Shown piece by piece: positions 54,701 through 64,000 of a stretch of DNA of 64,000 bases (its first letter is position 1; every line of letters begins with the position of its first letter). The stretch is taken from the NCBI GenBank assembly GCA_000092065.1, contig CP000590.1; one strand, given 5' to 3'. The notes under the pieces are model-generated. The model had not been told where the DNA came from. It saw only the letters and a program-made list of their open reading frames with translations, and searched no databases. This DNA comes from Ostreococcus lucimarinus (Eukaryota). The position numbers were made by a program, and so were the translations under genes.

Positions 54701-57319
54701 ATGAGCGAAGACACCGAAACCTTCGCCTTCCAGGCCGAGATCAACCAGCTGTTGTCGTTGATCATCAACGTGCGTCTCGACGCCGACCGCGACCGCGCGC
54801 GCGCCGCGAACGATCGCGGCGTCGCGACGCGCATCGCGATGGCGCGTCGCGGGACGACGGCGCGTCGAACGCATCGACGCGCTCGCGACGCGAGCGAACG
54901 ACTGACGAGGAAATCGTGGATTCGAAACGATCGCAGACGTTTTATTCCAACAAGGAAATCTTCTTGCGCGAGCTCATCAGGTGCGAGGCGCGAACGGCGA
55001 CGCGATTCGCGCGCGATGGCGATCGACGCATCGCGATGCGATGGCGGCGGTTGACTTTACGCGATGACGATGCGCGCGGGCGGGCGCGGGGGGGACGGAC
55101 GCGAGCGCGCGATGCGTGAGAATTCGTTTCGACGGGCGCGCGCGCGGGCGAGGACGCGCGCGCGAGGGATGGGGTAGAAAACGCGCGATCGTGATTCGGG
55201 CGTGCGTTTTCGAGTCATCTTCCAGAAGGGTGAAGAAGGCGCGACGGCGAGGACGAGCGGCGGCGCGCGCGAGCGAGACGCTTGGACGAACGGTGTGACT
55301 GACGACGAACGGTGTGTACGCGCGAATAATAGTAACTCTTCCGATGCGCTCGATAAGATTCGATTCGAGGGCTTGACGGATAAGTCCAAGCTCGAGTCCC
55401 AACCCGAGCTGTTCATTCACGTCGTGCCGGACAAGACGAATAACACGCTGACCATCATCGATAGCGGCGTGGGGATGACCAAGGCGGATCTCGTGAACAA
55501 TCTCGGTACGATCGCGCGTTCTGGTACGAAAGCGTTCATGGAAGCGCTCACCGCGGGGGCGGATATCTCGATGATTGGCCAGTTCGGCGTCGGTTTCTAC
55601 TCGTCGTACTTGGTCGCCGAAAAGGTCGTCGTGTACACCAAGCACAACGACGACGAGGGCTACCGATGGGAATCTCAAGCCGGTGGTTCGTTCACGGTGA
55701 CCAAGGACGCGTCCGCGAACGAACTCGGTCGTGGTACGAAGATGGTGCTTCACTTGAAGGATGATCAGCTCGAGTACCTCGAGGAGCGCCGCCTGAAGGA
55801 TTTGGTCAAGAAGCACTCTGAATTCATCTCGTACCCGATTTCGCTTTGGACCGAGAAGACGACCGAGAAGGAAGTCTCCGACGACGAAGCCGAGGAGGCT
55901 GGCGAGGAAGAAGAGGGCAAGATCACCGAAATCAAGGACGAGGGTGACGAGGTCAAGGAGAAGAAGACGAAGACGATCAAGGAAGTTTCTCACGAGTGGG
56001 CCATCATGAACAAGCAAAAGCCGATTTGGATGCGCGTGCCGGAAGAAATCACCAAGGATGAGTATGCTGCGTTCTACAAGTCGCTCACCAACGATTGGGA
56101 AGAGCAACTTGCGGTGAAGCACTTCGCCGTCGAAGGTCAATTGGAGTTCAAGTCGGTGCTCTTCGTCCCGAAGCGCGCGCCGTTTGATATGTTCGACGGC
56201 AAGAAGAAGTCGAACAACATCAAGTTGTACGTCCGTCGCGTTTTCATCATGGACAACTGCGAGGACATCATTCCGGAATACTTGGGCTTCGTTAAGGGCA
56301 TCGTCGACTCCGAAGATTTGCCGCTCAACATTTCTCGCGAAATGCTCCAGCAAAACAAGATTCTCAAGGTTATCAAGAAGAACATCGTCAAGAAGTGCCT
56401 CGAGATGTTCAATGAAATCGCCGAGAACAAGGATGACTACACCAAGTTCTACGAATCTTTCGGCAAGAACTTGAAGCTCGGTATTCACGAAGATGCGCAA
56501 AACCGCAGCAAGATCGCTGAGTTGATCCGATACTCTTCCACCAAGTCTGGCGAAGAGCAAACGTCGCTCAAGGATTACGTCACGCGCATGAAGGAGGGCC
56601 AAAAGGACATCTACTACATTACCGGCGAATCCAAGAAGGCGGTCGAGAACTCTCCGTTCATCGAGAAGCTCAAGAAGCGTGGCTACGAAGTTCTCTTCAT
56701 GACCGATCCGATCGACGAGTATGCGGTGCAACAGCTCAAGGAGTACGACGGCAAGAAGCTCGTCTCCGTCACCAAGGAAGGTCTGGAGCTCGACGAAACC
56801 GAGGAAGAGAAGAAGCAAAAGGAGGAAGTCAAGGCGCAATACGAGAACTTGTGCCGATTGATCAAGGACATCTTGGGCGACAAGATCGAGAAGTGCGTCG
56901 TCTCCGACCGCGTCGTCGACTCCCCGTGCGTGCTCGTCACCGGCGAATACGGCTGGAGCGCCAACATGGAGCGCATCATGAAGGCGCAAGCGCTTCGCGA
57001 CAACTCCATGGGTAGCTACATGTCGAGCAAGAAGACGATGGAAATCAATCCGGATAACTCCATCATGAAGGAGTTGCGCAAGCGCGCCGATGCGGACAAG
57101 GGTGACAAGACTGTCAAGGATTTGGTCCTCCTCGTATTCGAAACTGCGATGCTCACCTCTGGCTTCTCCTTGGACGAGCCGACGACGTTCGGCGGTCGCA
57201 TCCACCGCATGATCAAGCTCGGTCTCTCCATCGATGAGGACGACGCCCCGGCGGTTGATGACTTGCCCGCGCTCGAGGAAGAAGTCGACGAAGGTTCCCG
57301 CATGGAAGAAGTCGATTAA
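54701..57319 (+). CDS. HSP90: Cytosolic HSP90 (3 exons: 54701-54769, 54937-54980, 55333-57319)
   Basis: Splicing yields [23 protein letters not shown]|[15 protein letters not shown]|[12 protein letters not shown]..., the canonical HSP90 N-terminus. The protein ends MEEVD. Both introns have GTGCG donors and ACTGAC branches. Confidence 0.97.
54770..54936 (+). other. HSP90 intron 1
   Basis: GTGCGTCTCG donor, CGACTGAC branch, TCGCAG acceptor. Phase 0. Confidence 0.93.
54981..55332 (+). other. HSP90 intron 2
   Basis: GTGCGAGGCG donor, GTGACTGAC branch, AATAATAG acceptor. Phase 2; restores [14 protein letters not shown]. Confidence 0.93.
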
Positions 57320-57565
57320 TCGCCGCGCGCAGCAGTTGTGTTGACAAAAACGAGAGCGCCGCGTCGGCGGCGAGGATAATAGAAGAAAATACGCACCCCT
57401 CCTTACGAGGCGTCGAGATATACACCATCAACGTGATGTAACGTCAGATTCACGCGCACACGATTCATTCGCTCGACCGCCCTCTCGTCCGCTACGCGCT
57501 CGAACCAGCCCGGCCCAACACCGTCGCGACGAGCGCGACGCGCCGCACACGCCGCCTCCGTCGGC

Positions 57566-58860
57566 ATGGCGCCCGATCGCCGACCCCCCGACGGCAAATG
57601 GGCGCGCGCGCGCATCACGCGGCCGACGTTCGGCGCCATGGCGTCATCCATAGGCGCTGTGGTCGTCCCCGTCGCGATCGCGATGGCGCTCTGCGTGTGG
57701 TTGGTGACGCTGTTGCGCGGTGACGCCACCGAAGACGCGGAGGCGACGAGCGGTGGGGTGATCTCGGCGGTGTACACCGAAAAGGTACGACGATTTAAGA
57801 CGCGCGCGCGGCGAACGGACGATTGAACGACGCGTGGGATGGGAAAACCTGATGTTGGCGCGCCGCGAGAGGGTGTTGAGACGCGGAAACGCGACCTCAT
57901 CGACGATGATACTGACGCACGCGATGTGATTTCGCGAGTAAACAGAGCGGTGATAGCGAGTACGTCAAATTTACGGGTAGTGTGGAGAACGCGGCGGTGT
58001 TCGTGGGGTTCATTACCGCCATGACGTTTGCCCTTTTTCTGCTCTTCAAGTATCGAATGGGCAAGGTGATTTGGGCGTACATGGGCTTCAGCGGATTGTT
58101 GATATTCGGCGTGCTCGGGGGAAATATTCTCATGCGAGTGCTGCAAAAGTTAGATATAGCGATAGATATGGTGACGGTGGGGCTGCTGATGTGGAATTTC
58201 TCAATCGGCGGCGTGCTGATGACATTTTTCTGGCACGGACCTCTGGTGGTGAAGCAAGGATATTTAATTTGTGTGTCCACGATCGTGTCGTTTTACTTCA
58301 CGCAGATTCCCGAGTGGACGACGTGGTCGCTTTTGATCGCGATGGCGCTGTACGATCTGTACGCCGTGCTCACGCCGAACGGGCCGCTCAGGTTGATGGT
58401 GGAGTTGGCGCAAGAGCGCGACGAAGACATTCCCGCGCTCGTGTACGAATCAAGGGGCGGAAGTTTCGGCGACGCGCGCGCTCGCGCGCGGCAAAATTCT
58501 GGTGTATCGGGCGAGGCAGTCGGGGCCGATGGGTCGCCGTACGATCCGTCGTTGGAAGCCGACGACGAAGACGGTGAGTTCGGACTTCCCGATTCCATCA
58601 AACTCGGTCTCGGAGATTTCATCTTCTACAGCGTCCTCGTCGGTCGAGCGGCGATGTGGTCTCCGATCACGTGCGCGTTTTGTTTCATCGCCGTGCTGCT
58701 TGGTTTAGTGCTCACGCTCGTCGCCCTCGGCATGTACGGCAAGGCGCTTCCCGCGCTCCCCGTGTCCATCGCCCTGGGCTCGGCGACGTACTTTCTCTCT
58801 CGATTTTTCCTCGAGCCCGCGATCGTGCAGTCCTACGCCAGGCACTTCCTGTGCGAATAG
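57566..58860 (+). CDS. PSEN: Presenilin (2 exons: 57566-57784, 57946-58860)
   Basis: Catalytic motifs MALYDLYAVL and LGLGDFIFYS, plus PALPVSIALG. The intron 57785-57945 (GTACGA donor, ACTGAC, ACAG) joins ...AVYTEK to SGDSEYVKFTGSVENAAVFV in phase 0. Confidence 0.88.
57785..57945 (+). other. Presenilin intron
   Basis: AAG|GTACGA donor, ATACTGAC branch, AAACAG acceptor. The earlier AG would give an immediate TAA, so the second AG is used. Confidence 0.75.
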
Positions 58861-59045
58861 CGCGCGACTCGAATATTTCCCGACGACTCGCGTCGTCGTC
58901 GCCATCCGTAGAATGTAAACTTAGCCAGCCGCGTATTCCGCGCGTCGCGTCCGCCGCGCCCCGACCGGCCCTGGACGACGCGTCCCCACACCCGCGCGCG
59001 CGCCCGGTCGCGCCGATCGCCCCGTCGCGCTCGATTTCGACCGCG

Positions 59046-59557
59046 ATGTCCCTCGTCGTCGCGCGCGCGTCGACGCGCGCGCCGACGCGCGCCGGCGCGT
59101 CCGCGCGTCCGTCCCATCCGTCCCGCTCGAGGTTTCCCGCTCGAGGTTTGTCCCCAGTCTGTCGAAGCTCGGCGAGCGGAGACGGCGTCCCCGACCCGAT
59201 CAGCGCGCGCGAGAAAGCCGACGCCGCGCGCAAAGCCCTGCAGGGCGCGCTCGGGAACAAGCGCGACGTCCTGAGCAAGTTCGACGGCGGAGGAAAGGGC
59301 GGCGGGCCGCTGGACTGGTTCTTCGGCGGCGGCGGCGGCGACGACGACGGCGAAAACGCGCAAGCGCGAAAAATCGCCAACTGGGTCTTCCTCGCCTTCG
59401 TGGTGCTTTTGTTGTTCAAACCAGTCACCGCGGTGATCGTGAATGCGGTGTATTACGCGTTCGGGTGGCGCACGGGACGAGAGGCGCCGACGGAGGCGGA
59501 GCTCGCGGCGATGAACGCGCCCGCGGACGCGAGCGTGATATCAAAGTACGCCGCCGA

Positions 59558-59597
<40 letters not shown>

Positions 59598-59600
59598 TAG
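59046..59600 (+). CDS. Hypothetical organelle-targeted membrane protein with Gly-rich segment and poly-Asp C-terminus
   Basis: ATG 59046, a transit-peptide-like S/R/A leader, one or two hydrophobic helices (IANWVFLAFVVLLLF, VTAVIVNAVYYAFGW), and 13 consecutive Asp codons before the stop. Confidence 0.45.
59556..59594 (+). repeat. GAT(GAC)12 trinucleotide repeat encoding poly-Asp
   Basis: 13 consecutive Asp codons directly before GCG TAG of the 59046-59600 ORF. Confidence 0.95.
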
Positions 59601-59727
59601 TTAAATTTGTTTGTTGCTTGTATTAGACGTAACATCGTAGGCGGAGGTATTTCCCGCGGCGTCGTTCCGCGGCTCGTCGACGAAGCCGAGCGCGCCGCGC
59701 GCCCCTCCTCACATTCGCGCACGCACC

Positions 59728-60363
59728 ATGGTCAAGCAAATCGCCAGCGCGGAAGAATTCGCCGCCATTAAAGCGGCCGGTAAACCGGTGCGTGCGTCGA
59801 CGCGCGATCGCGCGCGAATCGACGTCGACCGCGACGCGATCGCACTCGGCACCGTCTCGGAATGCGAACGCGCGATCGACGCGCGCGACGCGACGTTCGT
59901 CGAGCGAGGCGCGCGCGCGCGGGTCTGAAACGTGCGCGTCGTCATCGCGCGTCGATGCGCGGCGTCGCGCTCGCGCTCCACGCGTCTGGAACGATGCATT
60001 CGAACGCGTCGCGCGGCGGCGATCGATCGATCGCCGCGCGAAAACCGACGCGAGCCGAGCGAAGACTGACGACGTCACGCCGCGAACGCGCGTCGCGCGA
60101 AACAGGTCGTCGTTGATTTCACCGCGAGCTGGTGCGGACCGTGCAAGTCCATCGCGCCGTTCTTCGAGGAATTGGCGGCCAAGTACCCAGAAGTTGAATT
60201 CGTCAAGATCGACGTCGACGAACTCGAAGACGTCGCGGCCGAGTGCGGAATCTCCGCGATGCCGACGTTCCAAGTGTACTCCAACGGCGTGAAGGTTTCT
60301 GAAATGACTGGTGCGGACAAGGACAAGCTGTCCGCGCTCGTCAAGGATGCCAACGAGTTGTAG
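59728..60363 (+). CDS. TRX: Thioredoxin (h-type; 2 exons: 59728-59787, 60106-60363)
   Basis: MVKQIASAEEFAAIKAAGKP|VVVDFTASWCGPCKSIAPFFEELAAKYPEVEFVKIDVDE. The phase-0 intron 59788-60105 has GTGCGTGCG...ACTGAC...ACAG. Confidence 0.93.
59788..60105 (+). other. Thioredoxin intron
   Basis: GTGCGTGCGTCG donor, AGACTGAC branch, GAAACAG acceptor. Phase 0; restores VVVDFTASWCGPC. Confidence 0.92.
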
Positions 60364-60401
60364 GTGGATGAAGCGCGCGCTAGACGTACGAAAAGTTCAG
60401 G

Positions 60402-60406
60402 TGTAA
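60402..60406 (+). terminator. TGTAA downstream of the thioredoxin stop
   Basis: 39 nt after the stop. Confidence 0.35.
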
Positions 60407-60498
60407 TCAGAGCGTCACTCGCGAACGTTTCAATTTATTTATCCGCTCGCGCGTTCGGGTTCCTTAATATTTCGCATTAAAATGAATCAAGCATTAAC

Positions 60499-61824
60499 CT
60501 AGGCCACGGGACTCCCGCCGTCGTCGTCGTCTCCGGACGGGAGCGAGGCCCCGGGCGGGCCCGTCGGACCGCGCGGCGTGGGGGTCAACAGTTTGGGGTT
60601 GTAACCGTCGATGTAAGTTTCGGATTGGCGCAAAAACGCGCCGAACGCCACGGCTTCGAGCACAAGGCGACGCTGCGACGCATATGCGAGCGTGAGCGTC
60701 TGTACTTTCTTCTCCGCGACCGCGTCGTTCACCGCATCCATGAGCTCTTCCGGGGTCACCGCGTTCATGCCCACCGCGTCTTGCATCTCGCGTTGCAAAT
60801 CTTCGATCGAACCGAACAACGCGCCGGTTTGGCGCTCGGCCACTTGTACGCCCTCCATGGAAACGATGCGCGCCGTTTGCGCCAACGTGGACTGATCAAA
60901 GTTCTGAATGTATTGCTTCAGAGTGAGTTGACTCCCCGTCCCGCTCGAGGGGGCGCTGTCGCTGAACAAGTCGAAATCCTCGCCGCCAAAGTTTTGCGGC
61001 GCCGCGTCAGCCTCGTCGATGGAATCCATCGCGCTGGCGCTGTTGAACAAGCGTTCGAGCGCCATGGCGCTCTCCATCGGGTCCATGGGCAAAGTGCCCA
61101 CCATGCGATCGAGCTGGAACCGCTTATCCGCGCGCGTGACAAAGTATCCAAACATGATCGACGCCGCGTACACCTGCGCCGCCTGAAGCTTGGACATCCG
61201 CACGAGCTGCGACGAGTACGCGTTCTCCCCCGCCCCTCCCAACACGGCCATCAGGTGTTCTCGCACCATGTCCAGCGCCTCCTTGCTGTGCACGCCGTCC
61301 GTCAACCGATTCAAATCGATCCCCTTCAGCATCGTCGTCTCGTCCAACGGCGGCAACATATCCACGCCGACGCTCAAAAACTTTTGAATGATCGTCGTGT
61401 ACATGATATCCTCCAGCCCGTTCCTCCGCTCCAGCGCCCGCACGTCCGCGATTCGTTTAAACAGCACCAACTGCTCCGTCTTCGCCTCCTCGCTCGCGCT
61501 CTTCGCCTCGCGTTCGACTTCCTCGCCCAGCCCGTCCAACTGCGAATCCACCGCCGCGTCGAACATCTCCGGCGCCGTTCGCAGTATGTACGCCAGCTGC
61601 TGCCCTCGCGGGCTCTCCGGCGTGCTCGGCGCTTTCAGTCCCGCCGCTGGATTCGTCTCCGCGTCCCCGAAGCCGTCGCCGCGTCCCGTCGCGCGCGCGC
61701 GTCCCGTCGCCCTCGCCCTCGCCGCGCGTCCCGCGTCCCATCGTCCGCGCGCGCGCGTCGCCGTCGCGCGCGCGCGCGCGCGCGTCGCCTCGAGCGTCGC
61801 TCGACCGATCGTCGCCGTCGCCAT
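60499..61824 (-). CDS. DUF760-family protein (UV-B-induced At3g17800-like), probably plastid-targeted
   Basis: From ATG 61824: an R/A/T-rich leader, then LEDIMYTTIIQKFLSVGVDMLPPL, LQAAQVYAASIMFGYF and RRLVLEAVAFGAFL. The family assignment is from memory of DUF760 proteins. Confidence 0.6.
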   Translation of the reverse strand: MATATIGRATLEATRARARATATRARGRWDAGRAARARATGRARATGRGDGFGDAETNPAAGLKAPSTPESPRGQQLAYILRTAPEMFDAAVDSQLDGLGEEVEREAKSASEEAKTEQLVLFKRIADVRALERRNGLEDIMYTTIIQKFLSVGVDMLPPLDETTMLKGIDLNRLTDGVHSKEALDMVREHLMAVLGGAGENAYSSQLVRMSKLQAAQVYAASIMFGYFVTRADKRFQLDRMVGTLPMDPMESAMALERLFNSASAMDSIDEADAAPQNFGGEDFDLFSDSAPSSGTGSQLTLKQYIQNFDQSTLAQTARIVSMEGVQVAERQTGALFGSIEDLQREMQDAVGMNAVTPEELMDAVNDAVAEKKVQTLTLAYASQRRLVLEAVAFGAFLRQSETYIDGYNPKLLTPTPRGPTGPPGASLPSGDDDDGGSPVA

Positions 61825-61949
61825 CGCCGTCGCGCGCGTCGTCGCGCCGCGTCGTCGTCTGTCGACGCGCGGCGAAACAATTTCCAAAACATTCGCGCGT
61901 CGCCACCGCGCGACGCGCGACGACGGCGACGCGCGCGCGTCGCGCGAGC

Positions 61950-62819
61950 ATGGCGACGCGCGCGCTTCGCGCGATGGCGACGCGCGCGACGCGCGCGACG
62001 GCGACGGCGACGCCGACGCTTCGACAATCGATGACGGCGCTCGTGCGACTCGTGCACCCGGACGTGCTCGCGGCGACGCACCCCGAGCACGCGCGCGCGA
62101 ACGGCGACGCGCTGGCGCACCTGCAGGGGACGCTGGACGACGCGCGCGGGCGAGGGGCGCTGCCGGGGGCGAGGGTGCGGCGATTGCGATTTTACGTGCG
62201 GGACGACGCGCGCGCGGAGGGCGTGCGAGACGTCGGGTTCACGCTGCGCACGACGGGAGGGGACTGTCGAAACGTGATGCGACGGGATTTGGGCGCGCTG
62301 TTCGCGCAGGTGGGGATCGAGCGGGAGTTCGAGTGGGGGGAGGGCGATTGGGGCGCGACGCGGACGGAGACGGAGGCGGAGGACGAAGGCGCGCGAGGAC
62401 GCGGGGAGGGCGAGACGTCGAGGTCGAGCGAGACGCCGGAGGTGGCGCAGGCGTACAGAGAACAGACGACGACGAACGCGGGGGGCGGTGGGACGCGGAC
62501 GAGGGACGTGCACGAGGCGCTCAAGGCGTTGGATCCCGCGTTCGAGGGCGTCGCCGCCGTCGCGTGGTTGCGCGACGCGAGCGAAAACGCGGACGAGGGC
62601 GAACGGAAGCGCATCGTCATGTTTGAGGTGATTCCGCATCTCGTGCGCGAGGGATGGAATCTGAAGGGCGAGACGCTGGAGGCGATTTGGCGCGGCGAAC
62701 GCGACGAGAAGGTTTTATTGGACGGGTTGGACGGCGGCAGCGCGTTGGCCGTCGTGTCCATTTTAAAGCACACGAAGAATCTCGAGCGCATGTACGGACC
62801 AGCGCCGCGGAAGGATTAG
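61950..62819 (+). CDS. Hypothetical protein with a J-like HPD segment (DUF4460/TCAIM-like?)
   Basis: ATG 61950. LVRLVHPDVLAATHPEHARANGDALAHLQGTL resembles the DUF4460 opening (V-H-P-D-x-F...N-x-x-S-L-x-x-L). The rest is unassigned. Confidence 0.45.
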   Translation: MATRALRAMATRATRATATATPTLRQSMTALVRLVHPDVLAATHPEHARANGDALAHLQGTLDDARGRGALPGARVRRLRFYVRDDARAEGVRDVGFTLRTTGGDCRNVMRRDLGALFAQVGIEREFEWGEGDWGATRTETEAEDEGARGRGEGETSRSSETPEVAQAYREQTTTNAGGGGTRTRDVHEALKALDPAFEGVAAVAWLRDASENADEGERKRIVMFEVIPHLVREGWNLKGETLEAIWRGERDEKVLLDGLDGGSALAVVSILKHTKNLERMYGPAPRKD

Positions 62820-62929
62820 GACGTAGAATCGATCGTCCGCTAGGTACGAGTAGGTAGCGCTTGTGTAAATAGTTAGCGAAAGATGTCGAGGTGATGTATC
62901 GTTACAAACAAGTGCGTCGTCGTGATAAT

Positions 62930-64000
62930 TCAGAATATTTGCGCGTTTCCTTGGCGAAGATTTTCGTTATCGTCTCGTTCGTAAGCGACCACGTAGCACT
63001 CGCGTTCGAATTCTTGAAGCGAGTTGAAAATGAGCTCATCGCGCGCCACGTAGGAAGTCACGCGCTCGTCGTCGTAAGTCTTCCACGCCTTCGATTTGCG
63101 CTCGCGGATGTGCGCGACGAAGTGCCCGAGCTCAACCGTGTTCCCGTGGTGCGAGATGACGGCGAGCAAGTCGAACGGTCTCGTAGCCGCCACCGATCGC
63201 GTGTTGTGACGCTTCACACCCGGGGTATCGGGCGAACTTTTGGACGCGTTGTTAGCGTGTTCGAGATCCGAATCGTCTCCAGACGATTTGGGGACGACGA
63301 TTTCGGCGGCGGCGGATCCAGCGTGCATCAGCGACATCTTTGAAGGAAGACGAATCGAAGCCGTGAGCTTTTGCAAACGCAACACACCGCGCGCTATCAC
63401 CGCATTGAATCGCTTGAGGTGCAAGAGGAGGAATTTCGGCTCTGAGACGATTTGTCGAGTCGAGATTGCGAACAAGCATCCACACGAACACTTGCGTTCG
63501 AGCTTTTCTGGAATGAAGTACCGATCGAGCAGCGCGTCGACAGACTCGTTCTCGTCGATGATGAGCTGCAACGTCAGCATGTACATCGATTCGTCCATCA
63601 CGCTCCTTTCGCCGCAGCTGACGCACGATAGCGCGTGCTCGATGCGCCACGCGAAGTTTTGTCGACTCGGACAGTGCGCCGCGTCGTCACCCATTTCGCG
63701 CTCGATCGTGTCCAACATTTGCGTCATGAATTCCATTGCGTCGTGTTGATCGAACTCTCCGTACTCGTCCCGCACGCGACCCATTTCGCGCTTCACGCCC
63801 GACGCGCTCAACTCGCTCGCGTCCGATCTGAAAAACTCGCCGAGCGCGGCGAGTAACGGTTTACCGTCCTCGTCTCCAGACACCTCGTGAACCGACTCCA
63901 CGAATCCACGCATGCTTCGCAACAACTGCAAAGACGCGGCGATGTAGCACGAATTCCCTAAATTTTCAATCCCGCCCGTCTCGCGCGCCGGTCGCCGTCG
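62930..64000 (-). CDS. Ubiquitin carboxyl-terminal hydrolase (USP/UBP, peptidase C19); 5' end outside the window
   Basis: The frame stays open to nt 64000. The Cys box GGIENLGNSCYIAASLQLL is encoded at about 63920-63976, QHDAMEF follows, and the His box is LLAVISHHGNTVELGHFVAHI...WKTYDDERV. Confidence 0.88.
   Translation of the reverse strand, partial: RRRPARETGGIENLGNSCYIAASLQLLRSMRGFVESVHEVSGDEDGKPLLAALGEFFRSDASELSASGVKREMGRVRDEYGEFDQHDAMEFMTQMLDTIEREMGDDAAHCPSRQNFAWRIEHALSCVSCGERSVMDESMYMLTLQLIIDENESVDALLDRYFIPEKLERKCSCGCLFAISTRQIVSEPKFLLLHLKRFNAVIARGVLRLQKLTASIRLPSKMSLMHAGSAAAEIVVPKSSGDDSDLEHANNASKSSPDTPGVKRHNTRSVAATRPFDLLAVISHHGNTVELGHFVAHIRERKSKAWKTYDDERVTSYVARDELIFNSLQEFERECYVVAYERDDNENLRQGNAQIF

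Noticed and set aside
54977-57205. 742-aa minus-strand ORF over HSP90
   Set aside because: It is antisense to a canonical HSP90 that ends MEEVD. The translation is L/R/D/V-rich filler, so this is a composition artefact.
60625-62034. 469-aa plus-strand ORF over the DUF760 gene and beyond
   Set aside because: It is antisense to the DUF760-like gene, which has conserved-looking blocks. The translation is R/H/L-rich low complexity.

Overview
This window is eukaryotic nuclear DNA that is very gene-dense, visibly GC-rich and intron-poor. The gene content includes an NRT2/NAR2/NiR/NR cluster, a plastid-type FtsH-like protein, a kelch-PP1 (BSL) phosphatase, a BRX-domain protein, DUF760 and a CPBP protease. 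The introns follow a rigid pattern: a GTGCG-type donor, an ACTGAC branch site, and an AG acceptor roughly 20-45 nt downstream. Together these point to a green picoalga of the Mamiellophyceae kind (Ostreococcus/Micromonas-like), but I cannot name the species by eye. I call 41 protein-coding genes, about one per 1.5 kb, and both window edges cut a gene. I also call 10 introns, all near gene 5' ends. I found no rRNA, tRNA, CRISPR array or transposon that I can support. Positions 1-14324 form a nitrate-assimilation plus molybdenum-cofactor cluster in the order NiR, NAR2, NRT2, MOT1, CNX2, one unknown spliced gene, CNX5/MOCS3, a stand-alone cytochrome b5, and NR. The main finding is how the redox domains are distributed in that cluster. 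The NR ORF stops right after its Moco and dimerisation domains. An NR-flavoured b5 heme domain is a separate gene transcribed divergently from NR. The only b5-reductase-type FAD/NAD(P)H module sits behind a rubredoxin at the C-terminus of nitrite reductase. This suggests a distributed nitrate/nitrite reduction system that shares one reductase module, and it needs transcript and biochemical confirmation. The rest of the window is housekeeping, with secondary curiosities:
- an FtsH-like AAA protein with a destroyed HEXXH motif, next to a peptidoglycan-binding-domain protein
- a persulfide dioxygenase with a DUF442-like N-terminal domain
- a possible miniature SAS-6-head protein
- a degenerate ANL-type pseudoenzyme
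- a stopless in-frame intron hidden inside the PRP17 ORF
- convergent genes whose stop codons lie only 23-54 nt apart
Many long ORFs in the six-frame track are GC-composition artefacts antisense to real genes.
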